Shown here one piece after another: positions 13,310 to 25,200 of a stretch of DNA of 64,000 nt. The position numbers and the translations under genes were made by a program. The notes beneath the pieces are model-generated. The model saw nothing but the letters and a program-made list of their open reading frames with translations. It was not told the DNA's origin and did not search any database. Origin of the DNA: Takakia lepidozioides (taxonomy: Eukaryota; Plantae; Bryophyta); contig CM060734.1 in the NCBI GenBank assembly GCA_030704615.1, positions 6,510,001-6,574,000 on the forward strand. The letters run 5' to 3'. Numbering within the stretch: the stretch's first letter is position 1; every line of letters begins with the position of its first letter.

Positions 13310-14850
13310 ACGGAAATACGGCGCCGCATTTCCGTATTGCATCTTGGTCATGCACCAGAGCGACGGAAATGCGGCACCGAGTTTCCGTCCGGGGGAAACC
13401 TTTATACTCTCCAGAACGGAAATGCGGTACGCAGCAAGCACCCATGCAAACGCGGAAATGCGGGGCATTTCCGTTCTGATTGAGAATTATGAACAACGGG
13501 AACAGAAATGCGGCACCGCATTTCCGTCCGAGTCGCACTTTCCGACATTCCAGAACGGAAATGCGGCACCGCATTAGACGAACGGAAATGCGGTAACCAT
13601 TTCCATCCAACAAGCACGGTATGTGAAGGTGGAACGGAAATGCGGTACCGCATTTCCGTTCTGATTGAGAATTATGAACAACGGGAACAGAAATGCGGCA
13701 CCGCATTTCCGTCCGAGTCGCACTTTCGACATTCCAGAACGGAAATGCGGCGCCGCATTTCCATTTTGTATCTGATGCATGGAGCCGAGTGCAATTCCGA
13801 CCGCTTCAGCGCAATTTTGAGACATTCATACTATCCAGAACGGAAATGCGGTACCGCATTTCCGTTCTGACTGAAAATCGTGAACCATCGGAACTGAAAT
13901 GCGGCAGCGCATTTCCATCCGAGTCGCACCTCCCAACATTCCAGAACGGAAATGCGGCACGCATTTCCGTTCTGATGAAAAATCGTGAAACATCGAACTG
14001 AAATGCGGTACCGCATTTCCGTCGGAGTCGCACCTTCCGACATTCCAAAACGGAAATGCGGCGCCGCATTTCCGTTTTGTATGTGAGGCATGGAGCTGTG
14101 GAACGAAAATGCGGCACCGCATTTCCGCCAGGGTCAGACGTTAATACTCTACAGAACGGAAATGCGGTACCGCATTTCCGTTCTGACTGAAAATCGTGAA
14201 CAACGGGAACAGAAATGCGGCACCGCATTTCCGTCCGAGTCGCACCTTCCGACATTCTGAACGGAAATGCGGCGCCGCATTTCCGTTTTGTATATGGGCC
14301 TGGAGCTGTGGGACGGAAATGTGGTGCCGCATTTCCATCCATGTGAGACCTTCAAACTTTCCAGACCGGAAATGCGGCACCGCATTTCTGTTCAGGTGAG
14401 ACCTCTATACTTTCCCGAACGGAAATGTGGCACGGCATTTCCGTTCATCAACTAAGGTATGTGAAGGGGGAACGGAAATGCGGTACCGCATTTCCGTTCA
14501 GATTGAAAATCATGAACCACGGGAACTGAAATGTTGTGCCGCATTTCCGTCCGAATCGCACCTTTCGACATTCCGAACGGAAATGCGGCGCCGCATTTCC
14601 CTTTTGTATCTCATACATGGAGCTGTGGGACGGAAATGCGGCACCGTATTTCCGTTCAACAACTAAGGTATGTGAAGGTGGAACGGAAATGCGGTGCCGC
14701 ATTTTCTTCCAACAAGTACGGATGTGTAGCTTCGTGATGGTACTTAACGGAAATGCGGCGCCGCATTCGCATTTTCACTCCAACTCATCAGACGCTGGGA
14801 CGGAAATGCCTTGAAATGTGAACACGTGGAGCAACGGAATTGCGGCACAT
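13310..14850. repeat. Array of about 28 copies of the 22-bp palindrome GGAAATGCGGYRCCGCATTTCC with ~30-31-bp spacers
   Basis: Motif starts read directly at 14052, 14105, 14158, 14211, 14263, 14315, 14368, 14421, 14474, 14527, 14579, 14632 and 14685 (period 52-53 bp). Spacers fall into a few recurring types. Confidence 0.95.
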
Positions 14851-15205
14851 GTCTGCACTCTATCTGACTGAAGTGGCATGAGGCGGCGCGGCCTGACCGT
14901 TGGATAATGATGTTTGTTTTTCGGACGGCAGGCGTACCCTGAACGATTCGAATTTCGTAATGACGCAAAGTCCACGAGGAGACACTTTCGTCCAACCCTT
15001 TCGAACCCAAGTGGTGCATCACCGCCGTTTCATCTACTTTTGTCGTGTCTCCTCAGTCACCCCTCTCGCGCCCTTTCCATCTGCACTCTTTGCCCCTTTT
15101 CCCTGTCTCTGTTCTTCTTATGCTCGAACCTGAGAGGGGGGGAGTTCGTGCACCAGACAGGAGACCTCGTCGCAAGCTCCGAAAATTTACTTCGGACGTA
15201 GGCCA

Positions 15206-18200
15206 ATGCCGAAGGGGAGGAAGCAGATGCGTCTACAGGAGGAGATTGCCATCTCCGAGCAGCAGGCCACTCAGGCAACCCAGCCACCAGTGAGAGCTCC
15301 ATGCGATCGGGCTGCGCGCAGCTGATCGAGCACCGAACCCCCATTTTGCTTCTGTAATTCTTAGACTGAATGCTAGGAGACTTGAATGCAGAACATGTTT
15401 GCATGCCTAACAGGAAAGGTGGACGTGCTGGAGGGATCGCAGGAATCCGAAAGAGCCGCAGGAAGAGTCCGAGGAGCTAGCTGCAGCACGTACACCCACC
15501 CGATCCCCGAGCGCGGGTATTCCTGCCGGGCCTAGCCCTGTGCGTTTCAAAGACGCGGCTTCGAAGGGCAAGTTCAAAGCCCAGAGATCGACTCGCGTTC
15601 TTCGGTCATGGAGAATCGCCAGCAGGGGTCGGGCCCTTCTCCAGCAAAGTCGAAGAAGAAGCAGCCCGTCCCTCTACTGGTTTCTGAACCGGCTCAGGCC
15701 GATTCACCCCCCCAACGCGAATGAAGCAGCAGGGTAAAAGACAGATTCAATTGCAGCAGACACCTTCACCTGCAAGGATGAGGAAGCAGAAGGCAATCAG
15801 GGCGACGGCCGAACAATCTCCCGCAAAACCGCTTCCACGAGCTGAAGCTCAGTTCCTGGAGGATTTCCCGCCTGCAGATGTTGGGGCCGACTCTGCTGCA
15901 GCGAAGGCAATGGGATCGACCGTTTCTGTCGATTTGGTACCGGAGGAGGGTGCTGCCGCTCAACGTTCGCAGCAAGACCTCACCACCGATGAGCAAGCAG
16001 GCCCGGAGGAGGCCTCTGCAATGGCAGAATTGCCCGCAACAGGCCCCAGAGTGCAGCTCCAGTTGAGGATGCTCCAGCTGCTCAGCCACTACCGGCACCT
16101 ACAGACATGTCTCCGGAGGATTTCAAAAGTGCAGCGGATAAAATGTTGGAGGAGACACACAGTAGCATTGGCAGAGTTCTGGGCAGCAGGGTATTCCAGC
16201 GGACTCTTCGAATCCCACTCTGTCGCATGGTCTCCCTTCCCATCGTCAGGCAGGCCCTTCCCGGAGATGTGGATAAGCTCAAGTTCGCATTTCGAGAAGG
16301 GTACCGTCTGGGATCGGCAGCGTTTACGTTTCCATTGAGAATGAGGACGGCGAAACTCGTGGACCCACTGCCGATGAATTGTCAACGTGGGATACCCACT
16401 GGCACACTCGCAACGACGAATTCGAGGCGACGCTGAAGGGTGATCCAGACTTCGGCCATATGTCGGTAAAATGTTCTTTGTGTGGGACGGGAATCACCGA
16501 CTTCTCCTGGTGGGAGTACATCAAGCAGAACCATGCCAAGCACATTGGCTGGCATTACATGGTGGAGTGTGTCATCCTCAAGGTGAAGGCGGCAGACTCC
16601 TCCCTGCTCAAGAATGCCATGGCGGACCTCAACTCGTAAGATACTCATACCCTCCCTAGCACGTTCGAAATGCGGTGCCGCATTTCGGTTTCCATTCTGG
16701 TTTGTTTCCGTGCTTCCGTGTACTGAACTGGAGAGTGTGCCTTGCAGGGTCACTGAGAATGCGTACGTGCATACCCACATGGCACATATGCTGTACAGGG
16801 TGAGGAAAACTGGTCTCACTGATCCGCAGATGTTTGCGAAATGCTGGAGCCCGAGCTCATTCAGAAAGCCGTTGCAAAAAGACAGACCGGACATGGTATC
16901 GTCTCACTATGGATGGAATGGTGGAGGTGATATACGAAGTAAGTCGTCCTCCAATTTCCCTCTGCTCATCCTTCCCCAATTTCCAGTAATCTTTCCACAT
17001 GAATCGAATGTAACGCTTCTGCATGTTTTTGTTGGCAGTCAAACATCAAGCTGGATTTGGCCCATGCCAAACGCTTCTTCATGGAAAGTGAGGGGCAGGT
17101 GAAAACGTTGCAGTCATTGACTGAGCACTTGAAGGAAGCCGGTGTCAAGTCCAGAACCAAATACAAGTCAAAGCTTGTGAAGCTGGTGGCAATTGCAGAT
17201 CCGGCACTTGGAAAGGACTTCATCCCCGAGATTGCAAAACACTATTCTCGGGCCATGCAGCCGACCATGCAATTGGAGAAACTGCATCACCTCTCAACGG
17301 CATGTGTTGAGGCGAAAGAGAAGGTGAGGTTTCAATGCACTGAAGTTCCTTCCTAGCAATAGCCACTCTCTTCCAGCTCCTGACATTGGATCGGAAATGG
17401 CAGACACGGTGGCTGTCGATCTGGAATGCATCCGAGAGCATAAGGACAATGTGGTCTTTTCCCCACTGGAAGTTTCCGACCCTGCAGTGGATGTGTGGCT
17501 CAACCGCATGACTTGGTGGTTCCAGGTAATTCAAGGTACTTCCCCAGATTTGCTTTTCTGAAATGAATTCCCTGAACTGCTACGTGACAATGCATTTGGG
17601 AATCGCAGGTAATGTCGAATGCGAAGGAGCAAGTCGTAATGCACACAAATTCGTTCGGCTTGTACGTCAAATGGGATGGAACACAGACATTGGAAGACTA
17701 CGTGACACGTTTCAGATGTGCGTACAAGGACAACCTTTTCGCCAGAGAGCTACAGACAGCAAGAAGGCGTGGAGTTTACACATCAGGAGGGAGCGGGGAA
17801 AGCTGCAATGCGAATTGTTTACAGGTGAAGCACAGCTGCCCTTGTATGCGAAGCCTGGTTACGAGGTTTGTCTCGGAAATGCGGCACCGCATTCGCATTT
17901 TATGTTTTCGGTGGCACTCTGCGAGTAGGTTGGTCTCAACTTTTGCTCACGCATGCTGACTGCCTTGCAGGTATATGAAATACGTGCTCCTTCAGACAGG
18001 GGCCCTGGCTCAAGAGCCCCCCGTTCTTCATGGCTTGGACCGTGGCGGGCCCAAGCTGTGTCTACACACCCGAGATGCAGAAACAATGGCATCCCGCGCA
18101 TCTCGTTGGATGCCCCTGGTAGGGAATGTCCCTAAGCCGACTTCATGACGAGCCCGGTGAGGGACTACTCCCTTCCTAGTTATGCAGCTAAACTCGCAAA

Positions 18201-18525
18201 TACAGCGATTAGAAGAAGTGAGAATCCCAGTAAAGTAGAGCAGATTTTGGAGAGGGCTAGGAGGACAGAAGGATAAGGAAAGAGTTGGCAGCAGCTCAGA
18301 CAGGTAGACGGGTACGAAGTACATATGTGATTCAGCGGATGAGAGCGACGCAGACAGGGAGGAAGACGACCCAACGGAGGTGAGATGGACAGTTCCAGGG
18401 AAGATGGGATTTTTGAAAGCCTGGCCAACGAGCAGTCCGCTGGAGATGAGAAAGGCACTGAGGGGGTGGAGGCGGAGCAGGACAGTCTAGAACAGGATGA
18501 GGATTCGGATGATTTTCAAGATTAA
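15206..18525 (+). pseudogene. Spliced cargo gene encoding a ParB/Srx-like domain protein
   Basis: Putative GT-AG introns at 15290-15413, 16636-16747, 16939-17038, 17324-17376, 17526-17608 and 17866-17970. Exon 2 has RIPLCRMVSLPIVRQALPGDVDKLKFAFREGY followed by FFVWDGNHRL (16474-16503), resembling the ParB N-terminal GxxR signature. Single-base frameshifts flank the motif. Confidence 0.65.
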
Positions 18526-18658
18526 TAGAATTTTAATGAAGTCTCTGTAAATGTAAATTCTCTTCCAGAGTATATAAGGAAATTCCCCGACATTCGTGAC
18601 CCCTCTCCAGTGTGCATTCCAGCCACACAATCGCCCAAACCACGACGCTCCCAAAATC

Positions 18659-19356
18659 AGAAATGGGGCACCGCATTTCCAAAATTTTGGCAACTCTAAG
18701 AACCTCTTTTGGAAATGCGGCACCGCATTTCCAAACAGGGGAGGGACTAAATTTTCCATTTCAATGTTGGCATAGTAAAAAGTAATCGGCCGATTGGAAA
18801 TGCGGTGCCGCATTTCCAAAATTTCCTTTGTCCACACGCCAGTTTTGGCCTCTCCCGCTCATTGCATGGATGCCACCACGCTTACAGAGGTCGAACAAGG
18901 AGGTCGAACAAGGAGGTCGAGATGGCGGAATTGGAAATGCGGTGCCGCATTTCCATATTGGGGATGGTCGTTGTTCGAACTGCAGGCCCATCAGCAAAAA
19001 TTGGCACCGCATTCCATTGTAAAAAAAAGTCGATGACGGACATGGAAATGCGGCGCCGCATTTCCAGAACGGACATCGCAATTTGTCCATTTGCAGACCC
19101 TCTCACGGAAATGCGGTAACGCATTCCATCGCGCTGGTCGGAAATGTCACACTTTTCGAAGTGTTGACGGAAATGCGGCACCGCATTCCCTTGTCCAAAA
19201 AGAAGTTTCCATTGCCAAGCTGGAAATGCGTCGCCGCATTTGCAATGCCAACCTCGTTGTCTGTCCAATTTATAGACCCGTGTTGGTATTTCGTGTACCT
19301 GGACGGAAATGATGCACCGCATTCCTTGTCCGACACTGAAATGCGACATTTCCATG
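18659..19356. repeat. Second, irregularly spaced cluster (about 10 copies) of the same palindrome
   Basis: Copies near 18659, 18711, 18796, 18933, 19044, 19106, 19169, 19222 and 19305, directly downstream of the ParB-like gene. Confidence 0.9.
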
Positions 19357-19604
19357 TCCGACATGGCGTTACTCTGGTATATTCTTGACACTGACTCTCA
19401 TACCGGTTACTCTGCTATATTCCCGGACAGACAATTGTAGAAATGAGACATCAAATTGTAAACAGTGGGCCAATTCCGACAGTTATTCAACAGAATGAAA
19501 CACAATCATACAGAAGTGAGGTACGATGGGTTTATTGATCGGACACGATGTCTCACATTTACCAACTGCAGACAAAACTAAGCCCTTCCTCTTCTACATG
19601 GGCT

Positions 19605-20182
19605 TCACCAAGTCGACGGAACTTCGATACCCCTCAAAACAAGCTCATCACTGCTGCGGCACCTCGAGGTAAACTGCAATTCGGTCGTTTCTGCTGCCCT
19701 TGCTGGAGCCGACGACAATGTCATGTCCATCAATGATACCACCATCATACATTGACAAGGTCACTGTGGGCCTCATGTGCCCGTGCGATTCGTCTTCGCA
19801 ACTCAGCCGAATGTCTCCATACACTGGAAGAGCGGAGTGATCTGCACGTATATAGTTTTCCCCGGCCGTCCTCCCTGGTCCACTGGCAGCAGTTCCAGCG
19901 CCAAAGCGAGGCCGTGCGTGATCTGTCCGGCATCCCTTTCCAGCTTGGTATATCGAGGTCAACAATTTTCAGGACCCACGGACCGCATTGACCCTCGCCC
20001 TCACCTCGCTCAAAGCGGTAATAGCCCTCCAGATACTCCATTGCGCGCAAAGACTCTTGCTTGATTCCAGCAGCGTCTGTGAAAACAGAGAGCCAGACAA
20101 TGATGTCTCCTGATTCTGGTTTGAACATAGCATAATCGTGGCCATGATAAGGGCAGTCGGCTGGATTTCGGCGGCACGGCAT
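19605..20182 (-). pseudogene. Unknown ~190-aa protein, paralogue 1 (frameshifted)
   Basis: MPCRRNPADCPYHGHDYAMF..SGDIIVW...LWRWNCCQWT...VYGDIRL...YDGGIIDGHDIVV...ELVLRGIEVP aligns end to end with 20712-21274. Confidence 0.75.
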
Positions 20183-20711
20183 CCTTGAAAAAGAGTAGCG
20201 GAGTACGCTCAATGACAGCAGCTCCCGGATGGAGGAGGAGCAGCGCGGTGGCTGGAAAAGTTCAAAACGCTGCAATTCCTCACAAACACTCCAGGGCACA
20301 TTTAAATTTCCCCCCTACAGGATCCTGGACCGATGAAGATTGGCTGCTGCATGAATGTAGCCGTTTTCAGTTTCCTACCCTGCCATGCAAACTATGGGCA
20401 GTCACTGCCAGGTGGGCCGATAGCCACTGGACACGACGAAGTCCATCCCCTCTTCTTCGATGTAAATGCGGCGCCGAATTTCCATCCGGGGGATGGACTT
20501 CGGTGGCAGATCTCAAACTATAACTTGTTGATGAGAAAGATGTATGGGTTCATCCACCTCCGTCGGTGGGTACGTGGACCCAGATGCTCCATTATTGGAG
20601 GCCGGACTGCTCTTCCGCTTCGCATCATTTCCAAAATCTAAGGGCTTCGTAGCTGTCCGCAAGGTCATTGTCATCGGCATCCAAGTCGTCCTCAGGTCCT
20701 CCTTTGCAAGG

Positions 20712-21274
20712 ATGCCGTGCTTCCGGAACCGGGACGACTGCCCATTTGGAGGCATCGATTATGCAATGTATTCGGCCACATCGGGAGACATTGTTATCTG
20801 GTACACAGATTACACAGAAGATACTGGTTCGATTGTGGAAACATTGGTGGCTTTTGAGTATATCCTAGGCCACTACGCCTTCGAGCGGGTGACGATCTTG
20901 GTCTGAGGAGTCCGTGGCTCCTGCGCATCCTCGATTCCGATTTTCCCAGCTACGACGGTCACCCATGCAGAAGAAGGCGCACTGCTATGCTGTTGCGGTG
21001 GAACTGCTGCCACTGGACGTGGGTGGACTCCATCGGAGAGACCTATTCTCCTGAAGGAGTGCGCTCCTCTTCTCCATTGTATGGGGACATTCGCATTGGT
21101 GTGGACGACGAAAACGTGAAGATTTCCATATTCGATGGTGGTATGATTGAAGGGCAGGACATTGTGGTGAACATCACTAGGGGCGGTACAACGGCTGCAA
21201 TCGACTTTACATGGAGGAGCCCCATGACTCATGAGCTAGTTCTGAGAGCAGTCGAAGTCCCATTGACAACGTGA
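20712..21274 (+). pseudogene. Unknown ~190-aa protein, paralogue 2 (frameshifted)
   Basis: MPCFRNRDDCPFGGIDYAMY..SGDIVIW...LLRWNCCHWT...LYGDIRI...FDGGMIEGQDIVV...ELVLRAVEVP. Confidence 0.75.
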
Positions 21275-21683
21275 CTTGTATTCAGTAGGCACAGGGCTAA
21301 AGATTTGATTGCACAATCAGCACAGTAGACGTGCTTCAAATGCAATTCATGTGGATCAATAAAAACCTCATTGTGCCCTCTTTTTATTCTATTCTGTGTC
21401 CATCGTTCCGAATGCGTCATTGCTCATTTCGTTTGGGATTGGGAGTGTGGGTGGATTTTGCAAGTGGCTGGTAGGCTGAAATGGGCCCCCATTGTACAGA
21501 GCAGTACCACCCTACCATTCGCGAAACATTGCCTTTCAATATATAATTCTAAATAACATTGCCGAACCTCCTTCATCGGGAGGTCCTTCTCCCCCTATGA
21601 CCGTGGCACCCTAAACCCTATTCCCGCGGACACTCATTTCCGGAAAATAGTGCTGCTCATGTTTTTTTCCACACTTACGACTC

Positions 21684-21735
21684 TGCTCATGGCTCATGCC
21701 GCTCATGGCTCATGGCTCATGAAATAGCAGCCCCC
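21684..21735 (-). repeat. Right TIR with tandem GCTCATG repeats
   Basis: GCTCATG tandem copies ending in GAAATAGCAGCCCCC. Confidence 0.85.
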
Positions 21736-22299
21736 TCTGGCTGGCAGTAAACCGCTATGGGTGTAAGCCTGTTGTCGACCGCTCTGTGGGTATAGTCTGT
21801 TAGTTCCTCCATAGCTTCAAAGCTATGCATTGATGGTTAGACGTGGACAAAGATCCTTTTTCTGGCTTTCGAAACCGCTGTGACTGGATTTTAGATTTAA
21901 TTTTCTTAGTGGACTTTCCCTGCCTGTCCACTGGATAACACATGACAAGAATTTCGCTTTTCTGTACTTGGTTTGTTCATTCATTAATGGGCATCCGAAT
22001 GACAAAGGTACCGGCCATTCTGTCCTCTTCTTGATGACACCTGTTCTTGCACTTCCTTCTCAGCTGTGTGTCGTGCCCTGACTTCCACGTGTGGCTTCCG
22101 TCCTTTCTTGCCGGCCATTTGAAGTTATCTGCGTCCACCTGTCACTGATTCATGGATTGTGTAACCCTAGTAGGCTGTGTCATACACATCACTGTGGTAA
22201 GCTGCTGTTCATCATAACTGCAACCATAATGGGCTGTGATAAGGCACATAAATGCTCCATACTCCGTTCACTGGCGCAGCCCGTGTTTCAACATGCAAA

Positions 22300-25200
22300 T
22301 CATGCTGCAATGGTTTGTCATGGATACCACTGTGGCATTTTAATCTTTCATTTTTTCTGCATGGCCTTCATCAACTGTTCCTTTCTTTATCTGAATTGGT
22401 CATGTTATCAGCTGCATGGTATAATTCATGTTTCCTGACCTTAATGAATCTTGCAATTCCATTCTTTTCCCCATTCCGTTCTCATGGTAGGTAACAGGAA
22501 TTCCACTGGAAGTAAAGCTTCCATACCATAAACTAATTGGAATGGTGTATACTTAGTGGTGACTTTATATGAAGTCCGTATGACCACAAAGCTGTCAGCA
22601 GCTTTGTATCCCAATCCGTTCTGTTTGCATTGACTATCTTAGCCAAGATAGTACATAGTATTTTGTTGGTAGCCTCTGCCTGCCCATTACCCTGTGGGTA
22701 ATATGTTGTACTTTTCCTATGCACAATCATGAACTCTTTAGTCAATAATTCAATGGTCTCATTAATGAAGTGACTTCCGATCACTGATAAATTCCAAGGG
22801 ACAGCCAAATCGTGTAAGTATGTTCTCATACAGGAACCTTGCTGGACTTGGCTGTGTTGTCCCTCAAAGCTTTAGCTTCCACCCACTTCGTAGTATAATC
22901 AGTGGCTGTAATTATGTACCTGTTCTTGTATTCTTGGCTGGTGGGTTAATTGGTCCAACAAAGTCTAGTCCCCATTTCTGAAATGGTTCCGTAGGCATTG
23001 TAGGATGCAAAGCCATCTTCCCAGATCTCTGCAAAGGTCCTAGCCTCTGACATTCATCACAACTCTGACAATACTTGTGTACATCTTTGAACAAAGTAGG
23101 CCACCAGTAACCTGCATGTAGTATCTTCCTGGTAGTCTCTCTCTCCAAAATGACCTCCTGCCACTCCTTTATGAACTTCCTCCAAAACTTTATTAACTTC
23201 ATGGTGGTATAAGCATCGCTTCAGCACTCCATCTGGTCCTAGCTTATACATTCTGCCCCTACCATAGTGTAAGGTAGAGCCTTGATAGCAATTCTCTTTC
23301 TCTGCTCCTTTCCATAACTTGGTGGGCACTGACCATGAGCAAGGTAGTATCTGATTGGCCACTGCCAATCTAACCAGTCATCTGCACTTCCCTGCACCTC
23401 CACTGCAAATAGACTCGCATCGTAATTGATCATCTACTCCTGTGGCTGGTTCTCCTGTTGATAACGTGACAAGTGATCCGCCACAAGATGCAGCCTCCCA
23501 GGCTTGTAAACAACCTCGAACTCAAACTCGTGCAAGATTATCAACCATCTTGCTATTCTTCCGCTTATCAGAGGTTTGTTTACCAGGTATATCAGAGCCT
23601 GGTGATCCACATAGAACATAAACTTTTGCCCAACAGGTAATGCCTGAATTTCTTCACTGCATAGATCATTGCCAATGCTTCTCTTTCCGTTGTGCTATAA
23701 TTTCTTTCGGCATTGTTCATCAACGGCTAGTAGTACACAGGTGAATCTATCCTTCCTGTAACATTTTGGGCTAACACTGCTCCTAGTGCTTCTCCAAAGC
23801 ATCAGTGAACATGAAATATTTCCTGCCAGTGAGGATTAATCAGCACAGGTGTAGTTGTTACTGACACATGTAAGTTCCTCAAAAGCCTGTTGACATTCAG
23901 GTGTCCATGCAAACACTGCATCTTTCTTCAGAAGTTTGCTCAATGGTGCTGCTATCTGTGCATACCGTGACAAATCTTCTGTAATAACTGGTTTGTCCAA
24001 GGAATCTCCTTAGACTCTTAACATTCACTGGTGGTGGAGAGGCTTTAATGGCCTCTGTTTCCTGGGATCCACAAGAAGTCCCCTCTTACACACAATGTGT
24101 CCCAGAAGCACCCCTGAGTTCACACAGAAAGTACACTTCTCTGGATTCAGGCCCAGACCTTCATCCTGCATCTGGCCAGACATAACTCCAATTTATGCAA
24201 GTGCTCATTCTTAGAGCTGTACACACTGAAATCATCCAAGAACCTGCATGAAATCATCCAGATACTCATGAAAAGATTCACTTATCACTCTCTGAAAGGT
24301 TGCTGGTGCATTACAAAGTCCAAAGGGCATGACTTTGTATGCATAAGCACCCCAGTCTGTGATGAAAGCTGTCTTTCCTTGGTCTTCTTCTGCCACTTGC
24401 ACTTGATTATAACCACTGAAGCCATCCATGAATGAGTACATCTCATGGCCTGCCACAGTGTCCAATACTGCTTCTGTGAATGGCAAAGGGAAAGGATCTT
24501 TCTTCGTACAAGCATTCAGCTTCTTGTAGTTCACACAAACTCTTAGTTTACCATTCTTCTTGGGAACTATCACAATGGGTGACAACCAAGTTGTATACTC
24601 TATTGGGTATATAAACTTAGCCTCAGCCAACTTCTTGATCTCTTCTCCAACCTTCTGTGCGTAGTTGGGATTCATTCTGTACCTTGCCTGCTTGATTGGT
24701 ACTGACCTGGTTCCAGTTCAATCTTATGCTGACAGATTTCAGGTGGTATCCCTTTTAGATCCTCATAGCTCCAAGCAAATACATCTCTGTATTTGATGAA
24801 CAAACTCTTAGCTTCTTCAAAGAATTCTGGCTCCAAATCAGCTCCTACCTTCACCATCCTCGGTTCCTCTTTAGTTCCCACATTCACTTCCCTCACCTGC
24901 TCATCAGCTGTGATTGTCCAACCAGTCACCACTTCATCCTGTAAACTCACAGTGGCTGGTTCCTCTAGGATTTCCATTTCTCCTTCTCTTTCTTCATAGA
25001 AATGTGATGGGTAACTGCTGGTTTCCTCTTCAATTGGTTTGCTGACACTACACCACAGCAGATACCTCTTAAACAACTTAGGCCTTCCAGCCGCATCTCT
25101 GCAACCTGCTCCCACTCTGGGTGTGCAGCAAACAGGGTAGCTTCCTGCTCCTCATCCAGTCCTCCTCTCCAGTCATACTCTCTGACTCGAGGTCTTCTCG

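Larger units (their letters stand above)
8464..21735. mobile_element. 13.3-kb TIR DNA transposon with Mutator-like transposase and cargo genes
   Basis: Left end GAGGTTTACTATTTCATGAGC; right end reverse complement GGGGGCTGCTATTTCATGAGC; both are followed inward by tandem CATGAGC repeats. It interrupts the accessory ORF of element A. The same terminus recurs at 61842. Confidence 0.88.

Noticed and set aside
13170-14814. Many overlapping ORFs (EMRCRISV, GNAAPHF, KCGAAFP repeats)
   Set aside because: They are translations of the palindrome in all six frames. The same applies to 18487-19391.
13310-14850. CRISPR array
   Set aside because: Dimensions are CRISPR-like, but spacers recur as a few related types, repeats are degenerate, the motif is also scattered in introns, no cas genes are present and the context is eukaryotic.
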